Below, one piece after another: positions 38,143-51,157 of a DNA stretch of 64,000 nt. The stretch spans positions 1,352,916-1,416,915 of the forward strand of contig NZ_CP020921.1 in NCBI RefSeq assembly GCF_003057965.1, written 5' to 3'. Numbering within the stretch: position 1 is the first letter of the stretch; every line of letters starts with the position of its first letter. A program made the position numbers and the translations under genes. Origin of the DNA: Thermodesulfobium acidiphilum (lineage in GTDB: Bacteria > Thermodesulfobiota > Thermodesulfobiia > Thermodesulfobiales > Thermodesulfobiaceae). Under the pieces are notes generated by a model. It saw only the letters and a list, made by a program, of their open reading frames with translations. It ran no database searches and was not told the origin of the DNA.

Positions 38143-39033
38143 TCACTCTCCATCCAAGGCACTACACTCTAGCTTAGTCCAGCGCCTTAACATTGTTGTA
38201 AGGATATTTTTTGGACCCACTTCAACACAATTTTCATATCCATCACGAATAATATTCTCAATAGTATCAATCCATTTTACCGGACTGATTATTTGCTTTG
38301 ATAAAATATCTGGAATACATTTAGTATCTTTGTAAGGAAGCCCATCAATATTTTTATAAACTGGCACTTTAAAATCTTTAAACTCCAGACTCTCTAAAAA
38401 TTTTTTAAACTCTTTTGCTGCGTCTTCCATAAGAGGAGAGTGAAATGCACCTTCGACCTTTAACTTTATAGCCTTCTTTATATTAAATTTTTTGTAATTT
38501 TCCAAAACCCAGCCTATTGCATCATTTTCACCAGAAATTACTATTTGTTGAGTAGAATTTTCATTTGCTACAACACATATTCCGAAACGTGAAGCTTCTT
38601 TGCAAATATGTTCAATCATCTCCCTTTCAAATCCGAGCAAAGCTACCATACTACCTCCATATCTTGCAGCACATTCGCCCATAAGATGACCTCTAATATA
38701 CACGCATCTCAGAGCATCTTTAAAGGAAAGAACATCTGCAGCAACCAAGGCTCCATATTCTCCAAGGCTGTGGCCAGCAGACGCCTCAAAGTTAAAGCCT
38801 CTATCGCTTAGATCTTTCAAAAAACCTAAGCTCGTTACTAAAATAGCAACCTGTGAAACATTGGTAGGCAGTAAAGACTCTTCAGATGTTGACATTAATT
38901 TTAATATATTTGTCAAATTTAAATCTTCCAATATCTTTCTTACAAATTCTTGAGACTTCTCGCTCAACTTTAAGTGCATATTCAAATATTGCGAGCCTTG
39001 CCCTGGAAAAAGCAAAACAGTTTTTTTACTCAT
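38143..39033 (-). CDS. fabD: malonyl CoA-ACP transacylase
   Basis: FPGQGSQ, GHSLGEY, AFHS, EVGP. Confidence 0.96.
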   Translation of the reverse strand: MSKKTVLLFPGQGSQYLNMHLKLSEKSQEFVRKILEDLNLTNILKLMSTSEESLLPTNVSQVAILVTSLGFLKDLSDRGFNFEASAGHSLGEYGALVAADVLSFKDALRCVYIRGHLMGECAARYGGSMVALLGFEREMIEHICKEASRFGICVVANENSTQQIVISGENDAIGWVLENYKKFNIKKAIKLKVEGAFHSPLMEDAAKEFKKFLESLEFKDFKVPVYKNIDGLPYKDTKCIPDILSKQIISPVKWIDTIENIIRDGYENCVEVGPKNILTTMLRRWTKLECSALDGE

Positions 39034-40010
39034 AAAGATATCAACCCCGATCCAAATGCAAAACCTGCACCAAATGCGGCAAGAACTATCTTATCGCCTG
39101 CCTTGATAACACCAGATCTATAAGCTTCATCAATAGCAATAGGAATTGACGCTGCTGAAGTATTACCAAAGCGCTCTACGTTAACATAAAACTTTTCACT
39201 TTCTAATTTAAGATGCTTTCTTACTGACTCTATTATCCTCTTATTTGCCTGATGAGGAATAATCTTTGATATGTCATCAAAGCTTAACTTAGATTCTTCA
39301 ATAACATTCTTCACAGATTGAACCATAGACCTTACAGCGAATTTAAAAACCTCCTGTCCGTTCATTTGTATAGTTGGCAATCTTTTTTGAAAAGTTTCAA
39401 AGCGATCATGATTACTAGAACCACTCCCTGATATCTTAAGGTGATCTGCACCGCTTCCATCACTTCCCAAAAAAAACCACCACTCATTACCGGGCTTACT
39501 CTTCAAAATACAGGCGCCTGCACCATCACCAAAAAGTATTGCTGTTTTTCGGTCAGACCAGTCAATAAATCTTGTAAGAATATCTGCTCCAACAACTGCA
39601 ACACACTTATAAGAATCATTTTGTATAAATTGCGATCCCACACAAAGAGCATATACGAAACCAGTACATGCCAGTGACAAATCAAAAGCAGCAGCTCTTT
39701 TTGCCCCAATAGCATCCTGTACAATACAGGCAGTAGCAGGAAAAAGCATGTCTGGAGAAGACGTTGCCACAATAATTAGATCAATCTCATCGGGATTTAC
39801 ATCCCCTAATTTCATTGCATTTTGTAAAGCAGTGATAGCCAGATTAGAGGTTTTTTCACCTCTACACGCAACGTGCCTTTTTAAAATACCAGTTCTCTCT
39901 TTTATCCACTCATCTGAGGTCAAAACCATACCTTCAAGCTCGAAATTTGTAACTACGCCTTCAGGTACACATGAGCCCCAACCATATATCCCTACGTCCT
40001 TAACTTTCAC
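39030..40010 (-). CDS. fabH: beta-ketoacyl-ACP synthase III
   Basis: WIKERTGI, ACTGF, FGDGAGA, PHQAN, GNTSAAS, FGAG. Confidence 0.96.
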   Translation of the reverse strand: MKVKDVGIYGWGSCVPEGVVTNFELEGMVLTSDEWIKERTGILKRHVACRGEKTSNLAITALQNAMKLGDVNPDEIDLIIVATSSPDMLFPATACIVQDAIGAKRAAAFDLSLACTGFVYALCVGSQFIQNDSYKCVAVVGADILTRFIDWSDRKTAILFGDGAGACILKSKPGNEWWFFLGSDGSGADHLKISGSGSSNHDRFETFQKRLPTIQMNGQEVFKFAVRSMVQSVKNVIEESKLSFDDISKIIPHQANKRIIESVRKHLKLESEKFYVNVERFGNTSAASIPIAIDEAYRSGVIKAGDKIVLAAFGAGFAFGSGLISL

Positions 40011-40995
40011 CTACAATTTTTACCTTTTCTATTAAATTTTCAGAACAAAGTTTTACAGTCTGTAATATAGCATTCTTTGCAGCAATACGTCCACTTCTTC
40101 CGTGACCAATTAAAAAGACTTTTTTTACTCCTAAAAGAGGAGCAGCTCCATAATTAGAATAATCAGCACGCTTTACTATTCTTGCCAAAGCTGGATACAA
40201 AAGCATTCCCCCTAATCTTGTCATAAAATTTTGTCTTATAGCGTCTCTCATTTCATATCTTAAATAATCTGAGACTCCTTCTGTAGTTTTTAAAAAAATA
40301 TTTCCAATAAAGCCATCACAAACTAGAATATTGCACTTCCCAAAAAAAGCATCCTTACCTTCCATATTGCCAACAAAATTAATATCACTTTTCGAAAGAA
40401 GCTCGTAAGACTCTTGTCTTAGTCTATCTCCCTTACTCTTTTCTTCCCCCACATTAAAAAGACCGACGCTTGGATCTTCAAAACCAAGAAATTTCATATA
40501 TACACTACCCATTCTAGCAAAATCTAGAATATTTTTGGGCTTTACATCAACATTTGCTCCAGCATCAATTAGAAGAAATCCTCCCCGCTTCGAGGGCAAA
40601 AGAACGCCTATCGCAGGCCTTTCAATCCCTTTCAACCTACCTATTCCTAATGTACCTGCAACCAAGCATCCACCTGTACTACCAAGAGATACACAACCAG
40701 AAGCAACTCCTTCATTAACTAACTCTATCATCTTATGCAAATTAGATCCCCTTTTTTCTTTCCAAGCTTTTACAGGTTCGTCGTCCATTTCAAAAACTTT
40801 TTCGCAAATAATTTCTTTTAATCTATCTGAAGACAAAAAGGGATATAAAACTTTTTGATATCTATCAAAAATTTCTTTTGTGGCTACAGCATAAGTAACA
40901 AAATCCGATCTCGCCTCCATTGCAAGCACGAGACCGCGCACAGTTTCTTCAGGTGCCCTATCTCCGCCTAAAAGGTCAAAAGCTATAGAAATCAA
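40000..40995 (-). CDS. plsX: phosphate acyltransferase
   Basis: D..GGD.AP, GIERPAI, DAGAN, NVGEE..KG, DGFIGN, HGRS. Confidence 0.95.
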   Translation of the reverse strand: MISIAFDLLGGDRAPEETVRGLVLAMEARSDFVTYAVATKEIFDRYQKVLYPFLSSDRLKEIICEKVFEMDDEPVKAWKEKRGSNLHKMIELVNEGVASGCVSLGSTGGCLVAGTLGIGRLKGIERPAIGVLLPSKRGGFLLIDAGANVDVKPKNILDFARMGSVYMKFLGFEDPSVGLFNVGEEKSKGDRLRQESYELLSKSDINFVGNMEGKDAFFGKCNILVCDGFIGNIFLKTTEGVSDYLRYEMRDAIRQNFMTRLGGMLLYPALARIVKRADYSNYGAAPLLGVKKVFLIGHGRSGRIAAKNAILQTVKLCSENLIEKVKIVGES

Positions 40996-41019
40996 GTTGT
41001 TATGATCTTATCCTAATAT

Positions 41020-41217
41020 TTATTCTTCCGCCTTTTCTGCTTTGGTTGTAAGAACAACCCTACCTCTATATGTTCCACACTTAGAACATGCCCTATGCGA
41101 AAGTGTTGGAGCTCCGCAATGAGGGCAAGTAATAATATTTGGCATATCACCTTCTATGATATACGGCCTTCTTGTATTTTGACGCATTTTAGAACGACGT
41201 TTTTTTGGTACTCCCAC
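41020..41217 (-). CDS. rpmF: 50S ribosomal protein L32 (Zn-ribbon form)
   Basis: VPKKRRSK, CPHCG...HRACSKCG.Y. Confidence 0.96.
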   Translation of the reverse strand: MGVPKKRRSKMRQNTRRPYIIEGDMPNIITCPHCGAPTLSHRACSKCGTYRGRVVLTTKAEKAEE

Positions 41218-41614
41218 TAATATTAACCTCCTTAATATCTTCTCTACAAAGAACGCAAACGGGTTTCATTGGAAACCACAACAAAAATTCTTGCCTCAAC
41301 AATTCCGAAAGATCAATTTCCTTACCATGAATTGCAAATTGATCTTCATTAGGCTTACCCTTAACAAATTCATCGTTTAACTCAAACTCAATCCTCTGCT
41401 TAAACTTATTAAGACAGATTGCACACTCCATCACAAGCGTTCCCTTAATTTTGCCCTGTACCAGTATAGCCTTTCCTACATTCGTCAAAGTCAAATCAAA
41501 ATCAATTGGTGAACAAAATTCAAGAGAGGGCTCATCAAATTGAGCAGCTTCTTGAGTCTTAATCCTGATACTGCTTCCCACATCATCAAGGATTTGCGAG
41601 ACATCTACTCTCAT
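41189..41614 (-). CDS. YceD/DUF177 family protein
   Basis: ECAICL and IDL..L.RQE..L..PMK.VC...C; upstream of rpmF. Confidence 0.9.
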   Translation of the reverse strand: MRVDVSQILDDVGSSIRIKTQEAAQFDEPSLEFCSPIDFDLTLTNVGKAILVQGKIKGTLVMECAICLNKFKQRIEFELNDEFVKGKPNEDQFAIHGKEIDLSELLRQEFLLWFPMKPVCVLCREDIKEVNISGSTKKTSF

Positions 41615-41641
41615 CTGAAACCCTACCTTTCAAACGAAGCT

Positions 41642-41670
41642 ATTATAAAAATCCTTTTAAAAATTGTCAA
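41642..41670 (-). promoter_or_regulatory. consensus sigma70 promoter of the yceD-rpmF-plsX-fab operon
   Basis: Exact TTGACA-N17-TATAAT on the minus strand. Confidence 0.8.
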
Positions 41671-41673
41671 ACA

Positions 41674-42123
41674 TCAAATATCAAAATCTACAATATCACC
41701 TATGCAAACCTTGCCACCTTTTAAAACCTTACAAAATACGCCCTCTTTTAACATTTGATTATAGGGTCTATTAAACTGCAAATACCTAGACTTTTCAAGA
41801 TGTTCATTTGGGCCCTTGCCTATCTCAACTATTTGTAACACAACCTCTTTTCCAACTTTAAATTTAGTGCCTACGCTCATCTTATATACATCTATTCCCT
41901 CAACTGTAATATTATCAGCATAATCACCTGGTTTCAAGTTAAGTTCTTTCGCAATCCCTTTCGAATAGGTAGACAAACTTGAAACACTAACTTGTCTTTG
42001 TGAAAGACCGGCATGTGCATCTCCAACTGCTCCATAATTTTCGATAAGTTCAATGCATTGAACGCTGTTTTTTGGAACTCCTCTCTCAGTTGAGATAGCA
42101 CAGTTTACAACTTTGCCTTTCAA
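41674..42123 (-). CDS. MOSC domain protein
   Basis: GDAHAG...RQVS, PGDYADNITVEG, IGK, EGVF.KVL.GG....GD. Confidence 0.9.
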   Translation of the reverse strand: MKGKVVNCAISTERGVPKNSVQCIELIENYGAVGDAHAGLSQRQVSVSSLSTYSKGIAKELNLKPGDYADNITVEGIDVYKMSVGTKFKVGKEVVLQIVEIGKGPNEHLEKSRYLQFNRPYNQMLKEGVFCKVLKGGKVCIGDIVDFDI

Positions 42124-42290
42124 AATTTCCTCCTGGCAATTTAAGTATTTATTTGTAGCTTGCTCTTAATTATTTTTGTTACTTTTATTCTACTACAAAA
42201 TATTTATTTTTTTTTGAAAACTGAAAATAATTATATTACTAGTATAATTAGTATGTTAGAAACAAAATATTTATTTTACGGAGGATATCT

Positions 42291-43559
42291 TTGCAACAGA
42301 CAGGATATATATTTATTTTTCTCGTAATAATAGTAAATTTGTTTGGAGTCTTTTTAGAATTTTTAAATCTCAAGAACATTAACATAAACAATTTAGAAAA
42401 AATTAAAAAAATATTCCCTGTTGAAAACCCGGTACTCCTAATAAAATACCAAAAATCTAAAATAGCCACTCAAATAATTAAAGGAACTATAGAAATTCTT
42501 ATATTTTTTTATTTATTTGCATTAAACATTATCCAATCAATATCTGCAGAAATTTATAAGTTCCAAACATTTGAATTTGTAAAAGCTTTTTTATTATTTA
42601 TTTCTTTTTATGCCATATTTAAAGTAGTAGATCTTCCCTTTGTTATTATTGACACCTTCTATATTGAAAAATTTTTCGGCTTTAGCAAAATAACAAAAAG
42701 ATTATTTTTGAAAGATATGTGTTTACAGACAATTTTAGGAATAATTTTACTTTTTGTGATCTCATTCATAATAATAAATTTTATATATATATCAGGACCA
42801 ATTTGGTGGATATTATCGTCTTGTTTTCTTATATTGTTAAGTTTCCTTATTCTATATATTTATCCAATATTTATTGCTCCGATGTTTAACAAGTTTACAC
42901 CTCTATCAGATATAGAATTGGAATCAAAAATAAAGGATATTTTAGAAAAAACAGGATTTTCTCTTGAAAACGTCTTTATAATGGACGCTTCAAAGAGATC
43001 AACTCACTCAAATGCTTATTTTACAGGTTTTGGAAAGAAAAAAAGATTAGTCTTGTTTGATACGTTTCTTAAAAATCACAATCACTCTGAAATAATATCG
43101 GTTCTTTCTCATGAACTAGGGCACTTTAAACATAATCATATTTTTAAAATGTTTTTGCTAAATGCTTTAGTTATAATTTTAGCTATGTTTATCAGCGAAA
43201 AATTACTTCAAATGAACTGCATATCTAATATTTTTGGTTTTAACAATTCTTTATATAACAAAATATTTATAATCTTCACAATATTTTTGCCGCTTGGAAA
43301 CATAATTTTTAACTTAATATTTATGCCACTACTAAGATTAAACGAATATCAAGCAGATGAATTTGCAATAAAGTTAACCATGGATCCAGAAACTTTTAAA
43401 AATACTCTCATTAAATTATATAAAGATAATCTGTCCAATCCTATACCCCATCCTCTTTATGTATTTTTTAACTATTCCCATCCGCCCTTAGTAGATAGAA
43501 TAAGACACATATTTAACTTTTATGATAGATACAAAGCCAAATGTAGTGAATCTAATTAA
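42291..43559 (+). CDS. M48 family (Ste24-like) membrane zinc metalloprotease
   Basis: DASKRSTHSNAYFTG, HELGH, EYQAD, SHPP...RI. Confidence 0.93.
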   Translation: MQQTGYIFIFLVIIVNLFGVFLEFLNLKNININNLEKIKKIFPVENPVLLIKYQKSKIATQIIKGTIEILIFFYLFALNIIQSISAEIYKFQTFEFVKAFLLFISFYAIFKVVDLPFVIIDTFYIEKFFGFSKITKRLFLKDMCLQTILGIILLFVISFIIINFIYISGPIWWILSSCFLILLSFLILYIYPIFIAPMFNKFTPLSDIELESKIKDILEKTGFSLENVFIMDASKRSTHSNAYFTGFGKKKRLVLFDTFLKNHNHSEIISVLSHELGHFKHNHIFKMFLLNALVIILAMFISEKLLQMNCISNIFGFNNSLYNKIFIIFTIFLPLGNIIFNLIFMPLLRLNEYQADEFAIKLTMDPETFKNTLIKLYKDNLSNPIPHPLYVFFNYSHPPLVDRIRHIFNFYDRYKAKCSESN

Positions 43560-43873
43560 TTTAGCTTGGCTCTTAAGTATTGAACAGGCCATTCTATATT
43601 TTGTTTTAATATCCTTGCTGCATACAGTGGCCAATATGGGTTTCTAAGTAATTCTCTGCCAAGAAGCACAACGTCGGCTTGTTCAGTACAAAGGATATGT
43701 TCAGCTTGATAGGGATCAACGATCATACCCAATAGAACGGGTAGATAGTGTGTAATGTGCCACTCATTAATAATTCCATCAACCGCACTATATTGACACA
43801 TTGGCGACATAAAGATCCTGTTTCTAAATTCTAAATCTCTTATTTTGATCCTCGAAAAAAGTTTGTTCTCCAT
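43556..43873 (-). pseudogene. internally deleted NADH:flavin oxidoreductase (Old Yellow Enzyme, NamA/YqjM-like)
   Basis: N-terminal NRIFMSPMCQYSA..G....WH..HY joined directly to C-terminal GMI.DP.QAE..L....AD...LGRELLRNPYWP...WPVQY.RA; TIM-barrel core missing. Confidence 0.85.
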
Positions 43874-43906
43874 AATAAACCTCATAAGTAATAAATTATT
43901 TAACTT

Positions 43907-46612
43907 CTATTTTACACCAATTTGCCACCAATTTACTCTATTATTTTTTTGTTGTTTTATTTGATACATTGCAATATCAGCCTTTCTAATTAATTCTTCT
44001 GGCTTGGTTGAATCAATCGGGTAAATTGATGCCCCCAATGACATCTCGATTCTTACACTTTTTCCAGGTATTAATTCATAATCTTCCTCAACTGCAAGAT
44101 GTATCCTATTAAAAGCACTCTTTAGTTGATTTAAATATTCTTCATTATTAAGTCCATCTATTAGAACTATAAATTCATCCCCTCCAATTCTTGCAACTAG
44201 ATCGCTAGATCTAAGATTTAACCTAAGCCTGTTTGCAAATTCTTTCAGAAGCTTGTCCCCCATACTGTGTCCAAATGTATCGTTTACAACTTTGAAATCG
44301 TCAAGGTCTATCATGCATACTGCAAACACACTTTTATTTCTTTTCGCCCTTGCTACAAAGTATTGTAAATCTTCCATTAAAGCCCTTCTATTTAGCAAAT
44401 TAGTAAGAGGGTCAATTCTTGCTTGATCGTGTAGCTTAATTTCTAAATTAAATCTATCGGTAACGTCAATAAGCGTCCATATAGCTAATTCTTCGTCCTT
44501 TATTTTTACAAGGCAAAACCCTATATCACAGTAAATCTCCTTTTTATTCTGTGTTATCATCTTTATGTTGTTTATAAAAACCTTTTTATTATCCTTAGTA
44601 TCAGAATAAAACTTCTTTATTTTTTCATACTCAACTTCAGAAGAAAATAAGATATTCATAGATTTACCCATTAGATCAACAGCCGAATGATATCCAAAAA
44701 TACTTAATGCCCTTGAATTTACGTTAATAATATTTTCTTCTTTAGTCATTACAACTCCAGCCAAAGTATTCTCAAGAAGCGCTTCCTGAATTATCATAAG
44801 ATTTCGTTCAGTTTGCAAAAGCTCAATCCTCTCAAGACCATTGGAAATATCTCTCACCAAATCTTCCAAAGCCTCTTTTAGTTCTGAATCGAAATAATTA
44901 GGTTCGTCACTTGCTAAAATAAATATAGCATACAACTTCTCATGAAAGTATATTGGCAAACCAGCCCCTGATCTAACGCCTAGAGCTAATAATTTTTCTT
45001 TAATGTTTTTAGACACATCAAATTCTTCATAAGATTGGATATAGACAGGCTTTTTTGTATTCCAAACATAAGACATAAGGTTTTTGCCTCTGTTCTCATC
45101 TAAATTTACGCTAAAATCTATTTGATTTAAAAAGTCAGTGTTTCCTGATTTTGCATAAAAGATTATTTCACCGTTGGGGTTTGGACATGCTATATAAGAA
45201 AAAAGCATTTTTGTATAATAAAGAGTAAGATCGCATACAGACTGAAAAAGGTCTTTCTCAGATTCTGTGCTTAAAATTATTTTATTCACATTTGCTCTGA
45301 GAGTGTTGATTATAGATAATTTCTTTAGCTTATTTACATACTCATGTTCTTTCGCCCTTTGCATTTGATACCTTTCTGTAACGTCAAAAAAGGTCCAGAC
45401 AGTCACTGAATCCATCAGATTCTCTTCTTCGTTTATAACTCCGCCAGAAATATCACAAATTATATATCCTCCATCAGCTTTTAAAAGTTTAACGTCTCTT
45501 AACTGAGCAGTCTTTTTAGTAGCAAGATCTTCATAAAGCTTTCCTGTCCTTTCAAAATGTTCATTATCAAAATACAGGATCTTTGAACTTTTCCCAATAA
45601 GATCGTTAATATTTTTATATCCAAGCATATTTAAAAATCTTTTGTTAACTGATAAAATTACTCTATTTTTCAATACAACTATTCCAGCAAGAGTGTGCTC
45701 TATCATTGCACTGTTAAAAGCCTGTCCTTTTTCTATTTGGTTCTTCAATACAGAAAATAGCAGTACAGCAAAGCTCATTGCAGAAGAAAAAACTTCAACA
45801 TCAAAAATGGGATTGCCTTTCATAAGTAAATAATATGGCCCAAATCCAAATATAGTGGCATAAAACATTAACAAAAATACTAAAGAAATAAGAAAATAAG
45901 TAATAAGAAAGTCGAGGCTAAATACAGACCAAACAGTAGGCAAAATTACAACGAATAATAGCCCTATTCTCATACCATCGTCTAAATTTGGCAATATGAA
46001 GCAAAGATACCATAAAGTAATAGTTAAAATGATGAGAACAAAAAATTCTACAATATCTTTCTTTGATTTAAATACGTTTACCAAATTTCTCCTCTTAATC
46101 CACAGCAAATAAAGAAATGGTGTAATAGATATAATAGTAGCAAATTCTGATATAAACCAATTTTCTATAAAATTTAATAAATCACTATAAACAATCCTTC
46201 CATAAGTTAAAAAGATAAATGAAACACACAAAGATGAAATAAGCGGTTTTATGATACCTAAAAAAATTGCAAAAATTAGAAAATTTTTAACGTCCTTGAA
46301 TACATCTCTAAAATCAAATCTAAGTCTTTTCACAATAAGAAGGCTAATCAAAAGCGAAAAAGTATCTATAAAAGCCACAAAAAATGAAAAATTTATCCCC
46401 CCATTAAAAAACAATAAGCTTGCAAAATATAATCCCGAAAATATGCCAGGAAGAGGATATTCTCTCCATATAAGTACTGAAAAAACTGCAAACGCATCTG
46501 GTGGCCAGAAAGGCGAAATACCAGGAAAGAATAAAGAGGGAATCCAAGAAAGCAATAGATACCCTAAAAAAATTAGAATATTTATTAAAGTAAACCTTTT
46601 AATTTTTGACAT
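43907..46612 (-). CDS. diguanylate cyclase (MASE1-PAS-GAF-PAS-GGDEF)
   Basis: SPFWPP MASE1-type TM region, two PAS-like ...DVTER/DVTDR segments, DPLTNLLNRR, RSSD I-site, intact GGDEF. Confidence 0.92.
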   Translation of the reverse strand: MSKIKRFTLINILIFLGYLLLSWIPSLFFPGISPFWPPDAFAVFSVLIWREYPLPGIFSGLYFASLLFFNGGINFSFFVAFIDTFSLLISLLIVKRLRFDFRDVFKDVKNFLIFAIFLGIIKPLISSLCVSFIFLTYGRIVYSDLLNFIENWFISEFATIISITPFLYLLWIKRRNLVNVFKSKKDIVEFFVLIILTITLWYLCFILPNLDDGMRIGLLFVVILPTVWSVFSLDFLITYFLISLVFLLMFYATIFGFGPYYLLMKGNPIFDVEVFSSAMSFAVLLFSVLKNQIEKGQAFNSAMIEHTLAGIVVLKNRVILSVNKRFLNMLGYKNINDLIGKSSKILYFDNEHFERTGKLYEDLATKKTAQLRDVKLLKADGGYIICDISGGVINEEENLMDSVTVWTFFDVTERYQMQRAKEHEYVNKLKKLSIINTLRANVNKIILSTESEKDLFQSVCDLTLYYTKMLFSYIACPNPNGEIIFYAKSGNTDFLNQIDFSVNLDENRGKNLMSYVWNTKKPVYIQSYEEFDVSKNIKEKLLALGVRSGAGLPIYFHEKLYAIFILASDEPNYFDSELKEALEDLVRDISNGLERIELLQTERNLMIIQEALLENTLAGVVMTKEENIINVNSRALSIFGYHSAVDLMGKSMNILFSSEVEYEKIKKFYSDTKDNKKVFINNIKMITQNKKEIYCDIGFCLVKIKDEELAIWTLIDVTDRFNLEIKLHDQARIDPLTNLLNRRALMEDLQYFVARAKRNKSVFAVCMIDLDDFKVVNDTFGHSMGDKLLKEFANRLRLNLRSSDLVARIGGDEFIVLIDGLNNEEYLNQLKSAFNRIHLAVEEDYELIPGKSVRIEMSLGASIYPIDSTKPEELIRKADIAMYQIKQQKNNRVNWWQIGVK

Positions 46613-46680
46613 ATTCCTCAAATTTAGAAAAAACAATGCAAATTCTATACTACCATAAAATTTTTAAAAACATAAAGAAT

Positions 46681-48960
<2,280 letters not shown>

Positions 48961-48966
48961 ATATAA

Positions 48967-48995
48967 ATGATATCAACTTGTAAAAAGAATAGCAA
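48967..48995 (-). promoter_or_regulatory. sigma70-like promoter, probably leaderless, for hypF
   Basis: TTGCTA-N17-TATCAT (extended TG)-N6-ATG with no SD. Confidence 0.5.
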
Positions 48996-49015
48996 TAATT
49001 TGGAAGTCTAAATGC

Positions 49016-49264
49016 CTATCTAATTTTGAAGTTAAATCTTGCTCCTATGACCTGTCCTATTACAGAACCAATTACCAAAAGCGGTATAAAGTATACACTT
49101 ATACCTAGAAAAATTCTTGGTAAGGCTATAAAAGGTATTGGGAGATGAACATATAAAAACCATTTTTTAGAAAACTTATTAACTTTTGATCTTAACCTAC
49201 CAAAAGGAACATTTAGTAGTATAGAAAGTACAAACACAATTAAAACGTTATAAGTTTTTTCCAT
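49016..49264 (-). CDS. small conserved membrane protein
   Basis: NVPFG..R....KFS..WFLYVHLPIPFI...GQVIG; AAGGTGA RBS. Confidence 0.78.
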   Translation of the reverse strand: MEKTYNVLIVFVLSILLNVPFGRLRSKVNKFSKKWFLYVHLPIPFIALPRIFLGISVYFIPLLVIGSVIGQVIGARFNFKIR

Positions 49265-49279
49265 ATAATCACCTTCTGA

Positions 49280-49313
49280 ATTACTGAGGGCGCTTATAAG
49301 CGCCCTCAGTAAT
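49280..49313. repeat. perfect 34-bp palindrome sharing an 18-bp core with 2783-2820
   Basis: ATTACTGAGGGCGCTTATAAGCGCCCTCAGTAAT. Confidence 0.85.
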
Positions 49314-49342
49314 AATAATTTTAATTATTATATATTATTTAA

Positions 49343-50941
49343 CTACTTTGCTACAAATTTCGATACTTCATCTCCTCTTTCTTCTACAATCTCCTTAATA
49401 TCATCAGTGTAATGCGCACTATTTACTGCCCAGAAGAAGAAAATTATTGATACAGCAATCAATATAAGCTGATCAAACGGATATTCTATAATACCAAGTC
49501 CCTCAAAGTGCTTGCTTCCAATGTAGCTCATAAGAGCGATAAAAAGCATATAGAATATAAGCCAAATTCCTGATTTTACATTTTTACCAAGGTCTTTCTT
49601 CAATTCATCTCTAGTAGCCACAAAGTAGAAATAGAGTAAAAAAGCTATTAAGTCTACAGCAATTAAAACAGAAACGTTTGACCATCCGCTCCAGTCTATG
49701 AGAAGTGTGCATACAATAAATGCTATTAAAGATATAAGAGTTATTGGTTCAGCTTTAAATGGCCTATAAAGATTTGGAGCAAATTTTCTAAGACTCACTA
49801 CGCTTACAGGACCAATCATGTAAGTCAATACAATTGCATTCGAAACGACACCCACCAATTTGTTCCATGACGGGAAGGGAGCAGTCCAGATTAGAGCAAG
49901 TATCAAACTCAGCCAGAGGGCATATCTTGGAACGCCAGTCTTTTCATCAACTTTTACAAATATTTTCCAGAAAATACCGTTTAAAGATTGAGCATTTATA
50001 ATCCTTGAGGTTGAAGTCATATAAATTAGACCGGTACCAGAAGGAGATATTACAGCGTCAGCAAATACTATAGTAGCCAGCCAATGAATATTCAACAATA
50101 GCAATATTTCAGCAAAAGGTGACCTAAAGTTAATATGCCCCCAACCCTTTGCAATTTCTTGAGGAGGCAAAGATCCTACAAAAGTCAGCTGCAAACAAAC
50201 ATACAATACTATCGCTAATCCCACAGCTAAAGCTACCGCCAAAGGAACATCCTTCGTTGGATTTTTCGCCTCACCTGCAAGGTTTACAGCCTGTCTAAAT
50301 CCCAGGTATGCAAAAATAATGCCTCCGCTTGATACCGCAGCCAGGATAGCAGGAAAACCAAATGGAGCAAAGCCACCATACTGAGTAAGGTTCATCGGAT
50401 TAAAAACAGTAAACAAAACCAAAACCGTTGCAGTCGGAGTAAAAAATTTAAATATCGTAACAATTGTATTAGTTTTGCCAGCAATTCTTATGCTCCAATA
50501 ATTTAGCAAAAAATAAATTACTATTATGCCCATCGTAAAAATCCAACCTATAAATGTTACCTGATGGTTATTGTATAAAAATGGTAGATAAGAACTTGCA
50601 AATTGAACTGTCGCAAGAGCTTCAATAGCTATAACTGAAGAGTCGCCTATAATCAGTGCGACAGCTAAAGCATAGCTGACAAAATTTCCGTGAGTATATT
50701 GTGGATATCGGATCAAAGAACCTGATTCTGGAAGCATTCCTGAAAGTTCAGCATAAACGAGAGCAATGAAAAATACACATATCCCGCCAATAACCCAGGC
50801 AAAAACTGCAGCAGGTCCAGCAAGATTAGCTGCTTTTTGGGAAGCAAAGAGCCAGCCAGAACCAACTATTCCGCCAAGACCTAACATTGTTAGATCTAGA
50901 AGATTTAGCTCCTTTTTTAGTTTCGATTTCAAAACCTTCAT
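49343..50941 (-). CDS. APC family amino acid permease (YveA/aspartate:proton symporter-like)
   Basis: GGIVGSGWLF, AELSGM.PESG, FAYLGFRQ..LAGEAKNP, DAVISPSGT; about 14 TMs. Confidence 0.9.
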   Translation of the reverse strand: MKVLKSKLKKELNLLDLTMLGLGGIVGSGWLFASQKAANLAGPAAVFAWVIGGICVFFIALVYAELSGMLPESGSLIRYPQYTHGNFVSYALAVALIIGDSSVIAIEALATVQFASSYLPFLYNNHQVTFIGWIFTMGIIVIYFLLNYWSIRIAGKTNTIVTIFKFFTPTATVLVLFTVFNPMNLTQYGGFAPFGFPAILAAVSSGGIIFAYLGFRQAVNLAGEAKNPTKDVPLAVALAVGLAIVLYVCLQLTFVGSLPPQEIAKGWGHINFRSPFAEILLLLNIHWLATIVFADAVISPSGTGLIYMTSTSRIINAQSLNGIFWKIFVKVDEKTGVPRYALWLSLILALIWTAPFPSWNKLVGVVSNAIVLTYMIGPVSVVSLRKFAPNLYRPFKAEPITLISLIAFIVCTLLIDWSGWSNVSVLIAVDLIAFLLYFYFVATRDELKKDLGKNVKSGIWLIFYMLFIALMSYIGSKHFEGLGIIEYPFDQLILIAVSIIFFFWAVNSAHYTDDIKEIVEERGDEVSKFVAK

Positions 50942-51114
50942 CTCCTTTTACTAAGATTCATACTATAGATCTAACTTAATCTTTAAGAAAAGTTTTTCTT
51001 TTTCCTAAAGACTAAGTCCTTAAAGCCAGAGATATCTTCCCTCCTTTCTTAAGAACTCTTTCTATAGAACCTAATTGTCCAAGAAACAAAATTCTTTAAT
51101 TTGCTTTATAATTT

Positions 51115-51147
51115 TTTCCAGGTGAGAATATTAAACTCACCTGGAAA
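51115..51147. other. stem-loop downstream of the MFS gene
   Basis: TTTCCAGGTGAG-N9-CTCACCTGGAAA; the U-tract is on the + strand only. Confidence 0.6.
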
Positions 51148-51157
51148 TTTATTGTTT

